From the NCBI GenBank assembly GCA_964016885.1, contig OZ024745.1, positions 2,170,001-2,234,000 of the forward strand: a DNA stretch of 64,000 nucleotides. The letters are read 5' to 3'. Under the pieces are notes generated by a model. That model made no database searches. It had not been told where the DNA came from and saw only the letters and a program-made list of their open reading frames with translations. How positions within the stretch are numbered: position 1 is the stretch's first letter; each line of letters begins with the position of its first letter. The stretch comes from Eledone cirrhosa. Lineage: Eukaryota. A program made the position numbers and the translations under genes. Positions 44,501-64,000 of this stretch are shown in pieces.

Positions 44501-47500
44501 TACCACCACATAACACCACATACCACCACATAACACTACATTCCACTACATACCACTAAATACCACCCACTACATATCACCCACCACATACCACTACATA
44601 CCACCCACCATATACCACAACATACCACCACATACCACCACATACCACTAAATACCACTAAATACCACTAAATACCACAACATACCACTACATACCACAA
44701 CATACCACAACATACCACAACATACCACAACATACCACTACATCCCACTACATACCACCACACACCACTACATACAACCATATACCACCACATTCCACTA
44801 CATACCACTACATGCCACTACATACCACCTCATACCACTACATACCACTACATACCACCACATACCACCACATACCAACACATACCCCCACATACCTACA
44901 CATACCACTACAAACCAACACATACCACCACATACTACTACATACCACTACATACCACCACATACCACTACATACCACCACATAACACTACATGCCACCA
45001 TATACCACTACATACCACTACATACCACCCACTACATATCACCCACCACATACAACTACCTACCACCCACCATATACCACTACATACCACCACATACCAC
45101 TACAAACCACTATATACCACCACATGCCACTACATACCACTACATACCACTACATACCACTACATACCACCACATAACACCACATATCACCACATACCAC
45201 TACATACCACCACATACCACCACATACTACTACATACCACTACATACCACCCACCACATACCACTACATACCACTAAATACCACCATATACCACTACATA
45301 CCACTAAATACCACCCACTACATATCACCCACCACATACCACTACATACCACCCACCATATACCACAACATACCACCACATACCACCATATACCACTAAA
45401 TACCACTAAATACCACAACATACCACAACATACCACTACATACCACAACATACCACAACATACCACAACATACCACAACATACCACTACATCCCACTACA
45501 TACCACCACATACCACTACATACAACCACATACCACCACATACCACCACATACCACCATATACCACCACATACCACTACATACCACTAAATACCACCCAC
45601 TACATATCACCCACCACATACCACTACATACTACCCACCATATACCACTACATAGCACCACACACCACTAAATACCACTAAATACCACAACATACCACAA
45701 CATACCACAACATACCACCACATTCCACCACATACCACTACATACCACCACACACCACTACACACCACTACATACCACCACAGACCACTACACACCACTA
45801 CATACCACCACAGACCACTACATACCCCCCACCATATACCAATACATACAACCACATACCACTAAATACCACTAAATACCACAACCTACCACAACATACC
45901 ACCATTACATACCACTACATACCACTACATACCACTACATACCACCACATACCACTACAAACCAGTACAAACCACCACATACCACTACATACCACCACAT
46001 GCCACTATATACCACCACATTCCACTACATACCACCACTACATACCACTAAATACCACTACATACAACCACAGACCACTACATACCACCACATGCAACTA
46101 TATACCACCACATACCACCACATACCACCACATACCACTACATACCACTACATACCAGCACATACCACTAAATACCACTAAATACCGCAACATACCACAA
46201 AATACCACAACATCCACTACATTCCACCACATACCACTACATACCACCACACACCACTACACAACACTACATACCACCACATACCACAAAATACCACAAC
46301 ATACCACTACATACCACCCTCCACATACCTCTACATACCACCACATACCACTAAATACCACCACATACCACAAGATACCACAACATACCACCACATTCCA
46401 CCACATACCACTACATACCATTATATGCCACCACACACCACTACATACCACCATATACCACCACATACCACAACATACCACCACATACCACCACATACCA
46501 CTACATACCACTACATGCCACTATATACCACCACATACCACCACATACGACCACATACCACCACATACCACTACATATCACTACATACCACCACATACCA
46601 CCACATACCACTACATACCACTACATACCACCACATACCACTACAAACCACCACATACCACCACATAACACCACATACCACCACATACCACCACATACCA
46701 CTACATACCACTACATACCACCACATACCACTACATACCACCACATACCACCACATACCACCACACACCACTACATACCACTACATACCACCACATACCA
46801 CTACATACCACCCACCACATACCACTACATACCACTACATACCACTACATACCGCTACATACCACTACATACCACCACATGCCACCATATACCACCACAT
46901 ACCACCATATACCACCACATACCAGCATATACCACCATATACCACCACATACCACCACATACCACTACATACAACCACATACCACCACATACCACCACAT
47001 ACCACCACTACATACCACCACATACCACTACATGCCACCACATGCCACTATATACCACCACATACCACCACATACCACCACACACCACTACATACCACTA
47101 CATACCACTACATACCACCACATACCACCACATGCCACCACATACCACCACATACCACCATATACCACCACACACCACTACATACCACTACATACAACCA
47201 CATACAACCACATACCACCATATACCACCACATACCATAACATACCACAACATACCACCACATTCCACCACATACCACTACATACCATTACATACCACCA
47301 CACACCACTACATACCACTACATACCACCATATACCAATACGTGCCACCACATACCACCACATAACACAACATACCACTACATACCACCATATACCAATA
47401 CATACCAGCAAATACCACTACATACAACCACATACCACCACATACCACAATATACCACCACATACCACTACATACCACCCACTACATACCACTACATAAC

Positions 47501-50500
47501 ACCACATACCACTACATGCCACCACATACCACTACATACCACCACATACCACCACATACCACCACATACCACTACATACCCCCACCATATACCAATAAAT
47601 ACCACCACATACCACTAAATACCACTACCTACTACGACATACCACTACGTACCAATACATACCACCACATACCACTACATACCACCACATGCCACTATAT
47701 ACCACCACATTCCACTATACACCACCACTACATACCACTAAATACCACTACATACCACCACAGACCAAAACATACCACCACATGCAAATATATACCACCA
47801 CATACCACCATATACCACCACATACCACCACATACCACTACATACTACTACATACCACCACATACCACTACATACCACCACACACCACTACACACCACTA
47901 CATACCACCACAGACCACTACATACCCCCCACCCTATACCAATACATACCACCACATACCACTAAATACCACTAAATACCACAACCTACCACAACATACC
48001 ACCATTACATACCACTACATACCACTACATACCACTACATACCACTACATACCACCATATACCACTACAAACCACTACAAACCACCACATACCACTACAT
48101 ACCACCACATGCCACTATATACCACCACATTCCACTACATACCACCACTACATACCACTAAATACCACTACATACAACCACAGACCACTACATACCACCA
48201 CATGCAACTATATACCACCACATACCACCACACACCACCACATACCACTACATACCACTACATACCACCACATACCACTAAATACCCCTAAATACCACAA
48301 CATACCACAACATACCACAACATACCACTACATTCCACCACATACCACTACATACCACCACACACCACTACATAACACTACATACCACCACATACAACCA
48401 TATACCACCACATACTACCACATACCACAACATACCACAACATACCACCCTCCACATACCTCTATATACCACCACATACCACTAAATACCACCAAATACC
48501 ACAACATAACACAACATACCACCACATTCCACCACATACCACTACATACCATTATATGCCACCACACACCACTACATACCACTACATACCACCATATACC
48601 ACCACATACCTCAACATACCAACACATACCACCACATACCACTACATACCACTACATGCCACTATATACCACCACATACCACCACATACGACTACATACC
48701 ACCACATACCACTACATGTCACTACATACCACCACATACCACCACATACCACTACATACCACTACATACCACCACATACCACTACATACCACCACATACC
48801 ACCACATACCACCACATACCACCACATACCACTACATACCACCACATACCACCACATAGCAACACATACCACCACACACCACTACATACCACTACATACC
48901 ACCACATACCACTACATACCACCCACCACATACCACTACATACCACTTCATACCGCTACATACCACTACATACCACCACATGCCACCATATACCACCACA
49001 TACCACCATATACCACCACATACCACCACATACCACTACATACAACAACATACCACCACTAAATTCCACTACATACCACCACATACCACTACATACCACC
49101 ACATGCCACTATATACCACCACATACCACCACATACCACCACACACCACTACATACCACTACATACCACTATATACCACCACATACCACCACATGCCACC
49201 ATATACCACCACATACCACCATATACCACCACACACCACTACATACCACTACATACAACCACATACCACCAGATACCACCATATACCACCACATACCACA
49301 ACATACCACAACATACCACCACATTTCACCACATACCACTACATACCATTACATACCACCACACACCACTACATACCACTACATACCACCATATACCAAT
49401 ACATACCACCACATACCACCATATACCAATACATACCACCACATACCACCACATAACACTACATACCACCATATACCAATACATACCACCACATACCACT
49501 ACATACAACCACATAACACCACATACCACCACATACCACAATATACCACCACATACCACTACATACCACCCACCACATACCACCAACCATATACCACTAC
49601 ATACCACCACATACCACTAAATACGACTAAATACCACCACATACCACTACATACCACCACATGCCACTATATACCACCACATAACACCACATACCACCAC
49701 CCACCACTACATACCACATACCACCACATGCCACCATATACCACCACATACCACCACATACCACCACATAACACCACATCCCACTACATACCATCACATA
49801 CCACCACATACCACCATATACCACCACATACCACCACATACCGCCACATACCACTAGATACCACCACATACCACCGTATACCACCACATACCACAACATA
49901 CCACAACATACCACCACATTCCACCACATACCACTACATACCACTACATACCAACACACACCACTATATACCACTACATACCAACACACACCACTATATA
50001 CCACTACAGACCACCATATATCACCACATACCACTACATACCACCACATACCACTACATACCACTACATACCACCATATACCACCACATACCACTACATA
50101 CCACCACATACCACCACATACCACCACATACTACTATATACCACTACATACCACCAACCACATACCACTACATACCACTACATACCACCACATACCACCA
50201 CATACCACCCACCACATACTACCAACCATATACCACTACATACCACAACATACCACATCATACCACCACTAAATACCACTAAATACCACAACATACCACT
50301 ACATACCACCACATACCACTACATACCACCATATACCAGTATATACCACCACATACCACCACTACATACCACTACATACCACCACATACCACTACATGAC
50401 ACCAAATACCACCACATACCACTACATAACACTATATACCACTACATACCACCACACACCACCTCATACCATCTCATACCACTACATACCACTACATACC

Positions 50501-53500
50501 ACCTCACACCACCACATACCACCTCACACCACCACATGCTACTATATACCACCTCACACCACCACATACCACTACATAACCCCACATACCACTACATACC
50601 ACTACATAACACCACATACCACGTCATACAACTACATGCCTCTACACACCACTACATACCTCTACACACCACCACATACCACTACATACCACCACATACC
50701 ACCACATACCACTACATGACTCTACATACAACTACATACCTCTACACACCACCACATACCACTACATACCACCATATACCACCACACACCACTACATACC
50801 ACCACATGCCACCGCATACCACCACATGCCACTATATTCCACCTCACACCACCACATACCACCACATACCATCACATACCACAACATACACTACATACAC
50901 TACATACCACTACATACCACTGTATACCACACATACCACTACATACCACTACATACCACTGTATACCACCACATAACACCACATACCACCACATACCACT
51001 ACATTCCACTACATACAACTACATACCACCACATAACATTATATACCACTACATACCACCACACACCACCTCATACCACAACATACCATCAGATACCACC
51101 ACATGCTACCACATACCACCACATACCACTACATACCACAACATACCAGAACATACCACCACAAACCACTACATACTACCACATACTACCACATACTACC
51201 ACATACCACTACATACCACCACATACCACTACATACAACCACATACCACTACATACCACCATATACCACCACATACCACTACATACCACCACATACCACT
51301 ACAAACCGCCACATACCACTACAGACCAACACATACCACTACATACCACCCACCATACACCACAACATACCACCACATACCACTAAATACCACTAAATAC
51401 CACAACATACCACTAAATACCACTAAATACCACAACATACCACAACATACCACCAATACATACCACTACATACCACCACATACCACTACATACCACTACA
51501 TACCAACACATACCACTACATGCCACCACATTCCACTACATACCACTACATGCCACTACATACCACCTCATACCACTACATACCACCACATACCACCACA
51601 TACCAACACATACCCCCACATACCTACACATACCACTACAAACCAACACATACCACCACATACTACTACATACCACTACATACCACCACATACCACTACA
51701 TACCACCACATAACACTACATGCCACCATATACCACTACATACCACTACATACCACCCACTACATATCACCCACCACATACAACTACCTACCACCCACCA
51801 TATACCACTACATACCACCACATACCACTACAAACCACTATATACCACCACATGCCACTACATACCACTACATACCACTACATACCACTACATACCACCA
51901 CATAACACCACATATCACCACATATCACCACATACCACTACATACCACCACATACCACCACATACTACTACATACCACTACATACCACCCACCACATACC
52001 ACTACATACCACTAAATACCACCATATACCAATACATACCACTAAATACCACCCACTACATATCACCCACCACATACCACTACATACCACCCACCATATA
52101 CCACAACATACCACCACATACCACCACATACCACTAAATACCACTAAATACCACAACATACCACAACATACCACTACATACCACAACATACCACAACATA
52201 CCACAACATACCACAACATACCACTACATCCCACTACATACCACCACATACCACTACATACAACCACATACCACCACATACCACCACATACCACCATATA
52301 CCACCACATACCACTAAATACCACTAAATACCACCCACTACATATCACCCACCACATACCACTACATACTACCCACCATATACCACTACATAGCACCACA
52401 CACCACTAAATACCACTAAATACCACAACATACCACAACATACCACAACATACCACCACATTCCACCACATACCACTACATACCACCACACACCACTACA
52501 CACCACTACATACCACCACAGACCACTACACACCACTACATACCACCACAGACCACTACATACCCCCCACCATATACCAATACATACCACCACATACCAC
52601 TAAATACCACTAAATACCACAACCTACCACAACATACCACCATTACATACCACTACATACCACTACATACCACTACATACCACCACATACCACTACAAAC
52701 CAGTACAAACCACCACATACCACTACATACCACCACATGCCACTATATACCACCACATTCCACTACATACCACCACTACATACCACTAAATACCACTACA
52801 TACAACCACAGACCACTACATACCACCACATGCAACTATATACCACCACATTCCACCACATACCACCACATACCACTACATACCACTACATACCAGCACA
52901 TACCACTAAATACCACTAAATACCGCAACATACCACAAAATACCACAACATCCACTACATTCCACCACATACCACTACATACCACCACACACCACTACAC
53001 AACACTACATACCACCACATACCACAACATACCACAACATACCACTACATACCACCCTCCACATACCTCTACATACCACCACATACCACTAAATACCACC
53101 ACATACCACAAGATACCACAACATACCACCACATTCCACCACATACCACTACATACCATTATATGCCACCACACACCACTACATACCACTATATACCACC
53201 ATATACCACCACATACCACAACATACCACCACATACCACCACATACCACTACATACCACTACATGCCACTATATACCACCACATACCACCACATACGACC
53301 ACATACCACCACATACCACTACATATCACTACATACCACCACATACCACCACATACCACTACATACCACTACATACCACCACATACCACTACAAACCACC
53401 ACATACCACCACATAACACCACATACCACCACATACCACCACATACCACTACATACCACTACATACCACCACATACCACTACATACCAACACATACCACC

Positions 53501-56500
53501 ACATACCACCACATACCACTACATACCACTACATACCACCACATACCACTACATACCACCCACCACATACCACTACATACCACTACATACCACTACATAC
53601 CGCTACATACCACTACATACCACCACACGCCACTACATACCACTACATACCACTACATACCACCACATACCACCACATGCCACCACATACCACCACATAC
53701 CACCATATACCACCACACACCACTACATACCACTACATACAACCACATACAACCACATACCACCATATACCACCACATACCATAACATACCACAACATAC
53801 CACCACATTCCACCACATACCACTACATACCATTACATACCACCACACACCACTACATACCACTACATACCACCATATACCAATACGTGCCACCACATAC
53901 CACCACATAACACAACATACCACTACATACCACCATATACCAATACATACCAGCACATACCACTACATACAACCACATACCACCACATACCACCACATAC
54001 CACAATATACCACCACATACCACTACATACCACCCACTACATACCACTACATAACACCACATACCACTACATGCCACCACATACCACTACATACCACCAC
54101 ATACCACCACATACCACCACATACCACTACATACCCCCACCATATACCAATAAATACCACCACATACCACTAAATACCACTACCTACTACGACATACCAC
54201 TACGTACCAATACATACCACCACATACCACTACATACCACCACATGCCACTATATACCACCACATTCCACTACACACCACCACTACATACCACTAAATAC
54301 CACTACATACCACCACAGACCAAAACATACCACCACATGCAAATATATACCACCACATACCACCATATACCACCACATACCACCACATACCACTACATAC
54401 TACTACATACCACCACATACCACTACATACCACCACATACCACCACCTACCACCATATACCACCAGTACATACCACTACATACCACCACATACCACTACA
54501 TACCACCACATACCACCACATACCACCACATACCACCACATACCACCACATACCACAACATACCACAACATACCACAACATACCACAACATACCACTACA
54601 TCCCACTACATACCACCACCTACCACAACATACCACAACATACCACAACATACCACAACATACCACAACATACCACTACATCCCACTACATACCACCACA
54701 TACCACTACATACAACCACATACCACCACATACCACCTCCTACCACCACATACCACTACATACCACTACATACCACAATATACCACCACATACAACTACA
54801 TACCACCACATATCACTACATATCACTACATACCACCCACCACATACCACCAGATACCACTACATACCACCACATACCACCACATACCACTACATACCAC
54901 TACATGCCACCACATACCACCACATACCACTACATACCACCACATACCACTACATGCCACCACATACCACTACATACCACTAAATACCACCCACTACATA
55001 CCACCCACCACATACCACTACATACCACCCACCACATACCACTACATACCACTACATAACACCACATACCACTACATACCACTACATGCCACCACATGCC
55101 ACTACATACCACCACATACCACTATATACCACTAGATACCACCACATAAAACCACATACCACCACATACCACCACATACCACTACATACTACCACATACC
55201 ACTACATACCACCACATACTAATACATACCACTACATACCAGCCACCACATACCACTACATACCACCACATACCACTACATGCCACCATATACCACTACA
55301 TACCACTAAATACCACCCACTACATACCACTAAATACCACCCACTACATATCACCCACCACATACCACTACATACCACCCACCATATACCACTACATAGC
55401 ACCACACACCATTAATACCACTAAATACCACAACATACCACAACATACCACCACATTCCACCACATACCACTACATACCACCACACACCACTACACACCA
55501 CTACATACCACCACAGACCACTACATACCCCACACCCTATACCAATACATACCACCACATACCACTAAATACCACTAAATACCACAACCTACCACAACAT
55601 ACCACCATTACATACCACTACATACCACTACATACCACTACATACCACTACATACCACCATATACCACTACAAACCACTACAAACCACCACATACCACTA
55701 CATACCACCACATGCCACTATATACCACCACATTCCACTACATACCACCACTACATACCACTAAATACCACTACATACAACCACAGACCACTACATACCA
55801 CCACATGCAACTATATACCACCACATACCACCACACACCACCACATACCACTACATACCACTACATACCACCACATACCACTAAATACCCCTAAATACCA
55901 CCACATACCACAACATACCACAACATACCACTACATTCCACCACATACCACTACATACCACCACACACCACTACATAACACTACATACCACCACATACAA
56001 CCATATACCACCACATACTACCACATACCACAACATACCACAACATACCACCCTCCACATACCTCTATATACCACCACATACCACTAAATACCACCAAAT
56101 ACCACAACATAACACAACATACCACCACATTCCACCACATACCACTACATACCATTATATGCCACCACACACCACTACATACCACTACATACCACCATAT
56201 ACCACCACATACCTCAACATACCAACACATACCACCACATACCACTACATACCACTACATGCCACTATATACCACCACATACCACCACATACGACCACAT
56301 ACCACCACATACCACTACATGTCACTACATACCACCACATACCACCACATACCACTACATACCACCACATACCACTACATACCACCACATACCACCACAT
56401 ACCACCACATACCACCACATACCACTACATACCACCACATACCACCACATAGCAACACATACCACCACACACCACTACATACCACTACATACCACCACAT

Positions 56501-59500
56501 ACCTCTACATACCACCCACCACATACCACTACATACCACTTCATACCGCTACATACCACTACATACCACCACATGCCACCATATACCACCACATACCACC
56601 ATATACCACCACATACCACCACATACCACTACATACAACAACATACCACCGCTAAATTCTACTACATACCACCACATACCACTACATACCACCACATGCC
56701 ACTATATACCACCACATACCACCACATACCACCACACACCACTACATACCACTACATACCACTATATACCACCACATGCCACCATATACCACCACATACC
56801 ACCATATACCACCACACACCACTACATACCACTACATACAACCACATACCACCAGATACCACCAGATACCACCATATACCACCACATACCACAACATACC
56901 ACAACATACCACCACATTTCACCACATACCACTACATACCATTACATACCACCACACACCACTACATACCACTACATACCACCATATACCAATACATACC
57001 ACCACATACCACCATATACCAATACATACCACCACATACCACCACATAACACTACATACCACCATATACCAATACATACCACCACATACCACTACATACA
57101 ACCACATAACACCACATACCACCACATACCACAATATACCACCACATACCACTACATACCACCCACCACATACCACCAACCATATACCACTACATACCAC
57201 CACATACCACTAAATACGACTAAATACCACCACATACCACTACATACCACCACATGCCACTATATACCACCACATAACACCACATACCACCACCCACCAC
57301 TACATACCACATACCACCACATGCCACCATATACCACCACATACCACCACATACCACCACATAACACCACATACCACTACATACCATCACATACCACCAC
57401 ATACCACCATATACCACCACATACCACCACATACCGCCACATACCACTAGATACCACTACATACCACCACATACCACCGTATACCACCACATACCACAAC
57501 ATACCACAACATACCACCACATTCCACCACATACCACTACATACCACTACATACCAACACACACCACTATATACCACTACATACCAACACACACCACTAT
57601 ATACCACTACAGACCACCATATATCACCACATACCACTACATACCACCACATACCACTACATACCACTACATACCACCATATACCACCACATACCACTAC
57701 ATACCACCACATACCACCACATACCACCACATACTACTATATACCACTACATACCACCAACCACATACCACTACATACCACTACATACCACCACATACCA
57801 CCACATACCACTACATGCCACGACATATCACGACATACCACCACATACCACTATATGCCACCACATACCACTACATACCACTAAATACCACCCACTACAT
57901 ACCACCCACCACATACTACCAACCATATACCACTACATACCACAACATACCACATCATACCACCACTAAATACCACTAAATACCACAACATACCACTACA
58001 TACCACCACATACCACTACATACCACCATATACCAGTATATACCACCACATACCACCACTACATACCACTACATACCACCACATACCACTACATGACACC
58101 AAATACCACCACATACCACTACATAACACTATATACCACTACATACCACCACACACCACCTCATACCATCTCATACCACTACATACCACTACATACCACC
58201 TCACACCACCACATACCACCTCACACCACCACATGCTACTATATACCACCTCACACCACCACATACCACTACATAACACCACATACCACGTCATACAACT
58301 ACATGCCTCTACACACCACTACATACCTCTACACACCACCACATACCACTACATACCACCACATACCACCACATACCACTACATGACTCTACATACAACT
58401 ACATACCTCTACACACCACCACATACCACTACATACCACCACACACCACTACACACCACTACATACCACCACATGCCACCGCATACCACCACATGCCACT
58501 ATATTCCACCTCACACCACCACATACCACCACATACCATCACATACCACAACATACACTACATACACTACATACCACTACATACCACTGTATACCACACA
58601 TACCACTACATACCACTACATACCACTGTATACCAGCACATAACACCACATACCACCACATACCACTACATTCCACTACATACAACTACATACCACCACA
58701 TAACATTATATACCACTACATACCACCACACACCACCTCATACCACAACATACCATCAGATACCACCACATGCTACCACATACCACCACATACCACTACA
58801 TACCACAACATACCAGAACATACCACCACAAACCACTACATACTACCACATACTACCACATACTACCACATACCACTACATACCACCACATACCACTACA
58901 TACAACCACATACCACTACATACCACCATATACCACCACATACCACTAAATACCACCACATACCACTACAAACCGCCACATACCACTACAGACAACACAT
59001 ACCACTACATACCACCCACCATACACCACAACATACCACCACATACCACTAAATACCACTAAATACCACAACATACCACTAAATACCACTAAATACCACA
59101 ACATACCACAACATACCACCAATACATACCACTACATACCACCACATACCACTACATACCACTACATACCAACACATACCACTACATGCCACCACATTCC
59201 ACTACATACCACTACATGCCACTACATACCACCTCATACCACTACATACCACTACATACCACCACATACCACCACATACCAAGACATACCCCCACATACC
59301 TACACATACCACTACAAACCAACACATACCACCACATACTACTACATACCACTACATACCACCACATAACACTACATGCCACCATATAACACTACATACC
59401 ACTACATACCACCCACTACATATCACCCACCACATACAACTACCTACCACCCACCATATACCACTACATACCACCACATACCACTACAAACCACTATATA

Positions 59501-62500
59501 CCACCACATGCCACTACATACCACTACATACCACTACATACCACTACATACCACTACATACCACTACATACCACCACATAACACCACATATCACCACATA
59601 CCACTACATACCACCACATACCACCACATACTACTACATACCACTACATACCACCCACCACATACCACTACATACCACTAAATACCACAACAACCACTAC
59701 ATTCCACCACATACCACTACATACCACCACACACCACTACACAACACTACATACCACCACATACCACAACATACCACAACATACCACTACATACCACCCT
59801 CCACATACCTCTACATACCACCACATACCACTAAATACCACCACATACCACAACATACCACAACATACCACCACATTCCACCACATACCACTACATACCA
59901 TTATATGCCACCACACACCACTACATACCACTACATACCACCATATACCACCACATACCACAACATACCACCACATACCACAACATACCACCACATACAA
60001 CCACATACCACTACATACCACTACATGCCACTATATACCACCACATACGACCACATACGACCACATACCACCACATACCACTACATTCAACCACATACCA
60101 CCACATACCACCATATACCACCACATACCACAACATACCACAACATACCACCACATTTCACCACATACCACTACATACCATTACATACCACCACACACCA
60201 CTACATACCACTACATACCACCATATACCAATACATACCACCACATACCACCACATACCACTACATACCACCATATACCAATACATACCACCACATACCA
60301 CTACATACAACCACATAACACCACATACCACCACATACCACAATATACCACCACATACCACTACATACCACCCACCACATACCACTACATAGCACCACAT
60401 ACCACTACATGCCACCACATACCACTACATACCACCACATACCACTACATGCCACCACATACCACTACATACCACCAACCATATACCACTACATACCACC
60501 ACATACCACTAAATACCACTAAATACCACCACATACCACTACATACCACCACATGCCACTATATACCACCACATAACACCACATACCACCACACACCACT
60601 ACATACCACATACCACCACATGCCACCATATACCACCACATACCACCACATACCACCACATACCACCACATACCACTACATACCATCACATACCACCACA
60701 TACCACCATATACCACCACATACCACCACATACCGCCACATACCACTAGATACCACCACATACCACCACATACCACCGTAACCACCACATACCACAACAT
60801 ACCACAACATACCACCACATTCCACCACATACCACTACATACCACTACATACCAACACACACCACTATATACCACTACATACCAACACACACCACTATAT
60901 ACCACTACAGACCACCATATATCACCACATACCACTACATACCACCACATACCACTACTTACCACTACATACCACCATATACCACCACATACCACTACAT
61001 GCCACCACATACCACCACATACCACCACATACTACTATATACCACTACATACCACTACATACCACCACATACCACCACATACCACTACATGCCACGACAT
61101 ATCACGACATACCACCACATACCACTATATGCCACCACATACCACTACATACCACTAAATACCACCCACTACATACCACCCACCACATACTACCAACCAT
61201 ATACCACTACATACCACAACATACCACATCATACCACCACTAAATACCACTATATACCACAAAATACCACTACATACCACCACATACCACTACATACCAC
61301 CATATACCAGTATATACCACCACATACCACCACTACATACCACTACATACCACCACATACCACTACATGACACCAAATACCACCACATACCACTACATAA
61401 CACTATATACCACTACATACCACCACACACCACCTCATACCATCTCATACCACTACATACCACTACATACCACCTCACACCACCACATACCACCTCACAT
61501 CACCACATGCTACTATATACCACCTCACACCACCACATGCTACTATATACCACCTCACACCACCACATGCTACTATATACCACCTCACACCACCACATAA
61601 CCCCACATACCACTACATACCACTACATAACACCACATACCACGTCATACAACTACATGCCTCTACACACCACTACATACCTCTACACACCACCACATAC
61701 CACTACATACCACCACATACCACCACATACCACTACATGCCTCTACATACAACTACATACCTCTACACACCACCACATACCACTACATACCACCATATAC
61801 CACCACACACCACTACATACCACCACATACCACCGCATACCACCACATGCCACTATATTCCACCTCACACCACCACATACCACCACATACCATCACATAC
61901 CACAACATACACTACATACACTACATACCACTACATACCACTACATAACACTGTATACCACCACATAACACCACATACCACCACATACCACTACATTCCA
62001 CTACATACCACTACATACCACCACATAACATTATATACCACTACATACCACCACACAACACCTCATACCACAACATACCATCAGATACCACCACATACTA
62101 CCACATACCACCACATACCACTACATACCACAACATACCAGAACATACCACCACAAACCACTACATACTACCACATACCACTACATACTACCACATACCA
62201 CTACATACCAACACATACTACTACATACAACCACATACCACTACATACCACCATATACCACCACATACCACTACATACCACCACATACCACTACATACCG
62301 CCACATACCACTACAGACCAACACATACCACTACATACCACCCACCATACACCACAACATACCAGCACATACCACTAAATACCACTAAATACCACAACAT
62401 ACCACTAAATACCACTAAATACCACAACATACCACAACATACCACCAATACATACCACTACATACCACCACATACCACTACATACCACTACATACCAACA

Positions 62501-64000
62501 CATACCACTACATGCCACCACATTCCACTACATACCACTACATGCCACTACATACCACCTCATACCACTACATACCACCACATACCACCACATACCAACA
62601 CATACCCCCACATACCTACACATACCACTACAAACCAACACATACCACCACATACTACTACATACCACTACATACCACCACATACCACTACATACCACCA
62701 CATAACACTACATGCCACCATATACCACTACATACCACTACATACCACCCACTACATATCACCCACCACATACAACTACCTACCACCCACCATATACCAC
62801 TACATAGCACCACATACCACTACAAACCACTATATACCACCACATGCCACTACATACCACTACATACCACTACATACCACTACATACCACCACATAACAC
62901 CACATATCACCACATACCACTACATACCACTACATACCACCACATAACACCACATATCACCACATACCACTACATACCACCACATACCACCACATACTAC
63001 TACATACCACTACATACCACTAAATACCACCCACTACATATCACCCACCACATACCACTACATACCACCCAGCATATACCAAAACATACCACCACATACC
63101 ACCACATACCACTAAATACCACTAAATACCACAACATACCACAACATACCACTACATACCACAACATACCACAACATACCACAACATACCACTACATCCC
63201 ACTACATACCACCACATACCACTACATACAACCACATACCACCACATACCACCACATACCACCATATACCACCACATACCACTACATACCACTACATACC
63301 ACAATATACCACCACATACGACTACATACCACCACATATCACTACATATCACTACATACCACCCACCACATACCACCACATACCACTACATACCACCACA
63401 TACCACCACATACCACCACATACCACTACATACCACTACATACCACCACATTCCACCATATACCACCACATACCACTACATGCCACCACATACCACTACA
63501 TACCACTAAATACCACCCACTACATACCACCCACCACATACCACTACATACCACCCACCACATGCCACTACATACCACTACATAACACCACATACCACTA
63601 CACACCACTACATGCCACCACATGCCACTACATACCACCACATACCACTATATACCAATAGATACACCACATAAAACCACATACCAGCACATACCACCAC
63701 ATACCACTACATACCACCACATACCACCACATACTAATACATACCACTACATACCAGCCACCACATACCACTACATACCACCACATACCACTACATGCCA
63801 CCATATACCACTACATACCACTAAATACCACCCACTACATACCACTAAATACCACTAAATACCACAACATACCACAACATACCACAACATACCACCACAT
63901 TCCACCACATACCACTACATACCACCACACACCACTACACACCACTACATACCACCACAGACCACTACATACCCCCCACCATATACCAATACATACCACC
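20561..64000. repeat. Satellite array, 10-bp monomer ATACCACCAC/ATACCACTAC, with higher-order repeats; continues off the right edge
   Basis: Continuous 10-bp register with occasional 7-, 9- and 13-bp variant monomers. The + strand is nearly G-free. Identical ORF-track peptides recur at fixed offsets. Confidence 0.98.

Noticed and set aside
21231-63858. His/Thr/Tyr/Pro-rich ORFs resembling metal-binding or extensin-like proteins
   Set aside because: A 10-bp period gives the same peptide in every frame, and variants and indels ignore codon structure
20561-64000. CRISPR array or telomeric repeat
   Set aside because: No unique spacers or cas genes, and the monomer is not TTAGGG-type

Overview
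Repeat-rich eukaryotic (animal) DNA with no recognisable host gene. The SINE and microsatellite style suggests an octopus/cephalopod, but that is inference only. Bases 1-17000 are a nest of retroelements mostly joined at (TA)n tracts: a decayed L1/Tx1 ORF2, a 5'-truncated CR1-group LINE with an open RT frame, RTE fragments, a tRNA-derived SINE and several Penelope-like elements (PLEs; RT + GIY-YIG, or 3' ends only). The main signal missed by the ORF track is a cluster of type I hammerhead ribozyme (HHR) motifs folded by hand between 3.1 and 16.4 kb: seven complete, one degenerate and one half motif. They include a canonical HHR (15146-15227), a U3:A8 core variant present twice in a 312-bp palindrome (7479-7790) and a U4C variant (4646-4692). 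Fold-back or inverted-end junctions recur on the PLE-type pieces. 17335-20110 is a 26-bp minisatellite. 20561-64000 is a >43-kb array of a 10-bp monomer (ATACCACYAC) with layered higher-order repeats up to about 7.6 kb. The long His/Thr/Tyr- and Cys/Val/Tyr-rich ORFs are translation artefacts of the repeats. All folds and alignments were done by eye, with no database searches.
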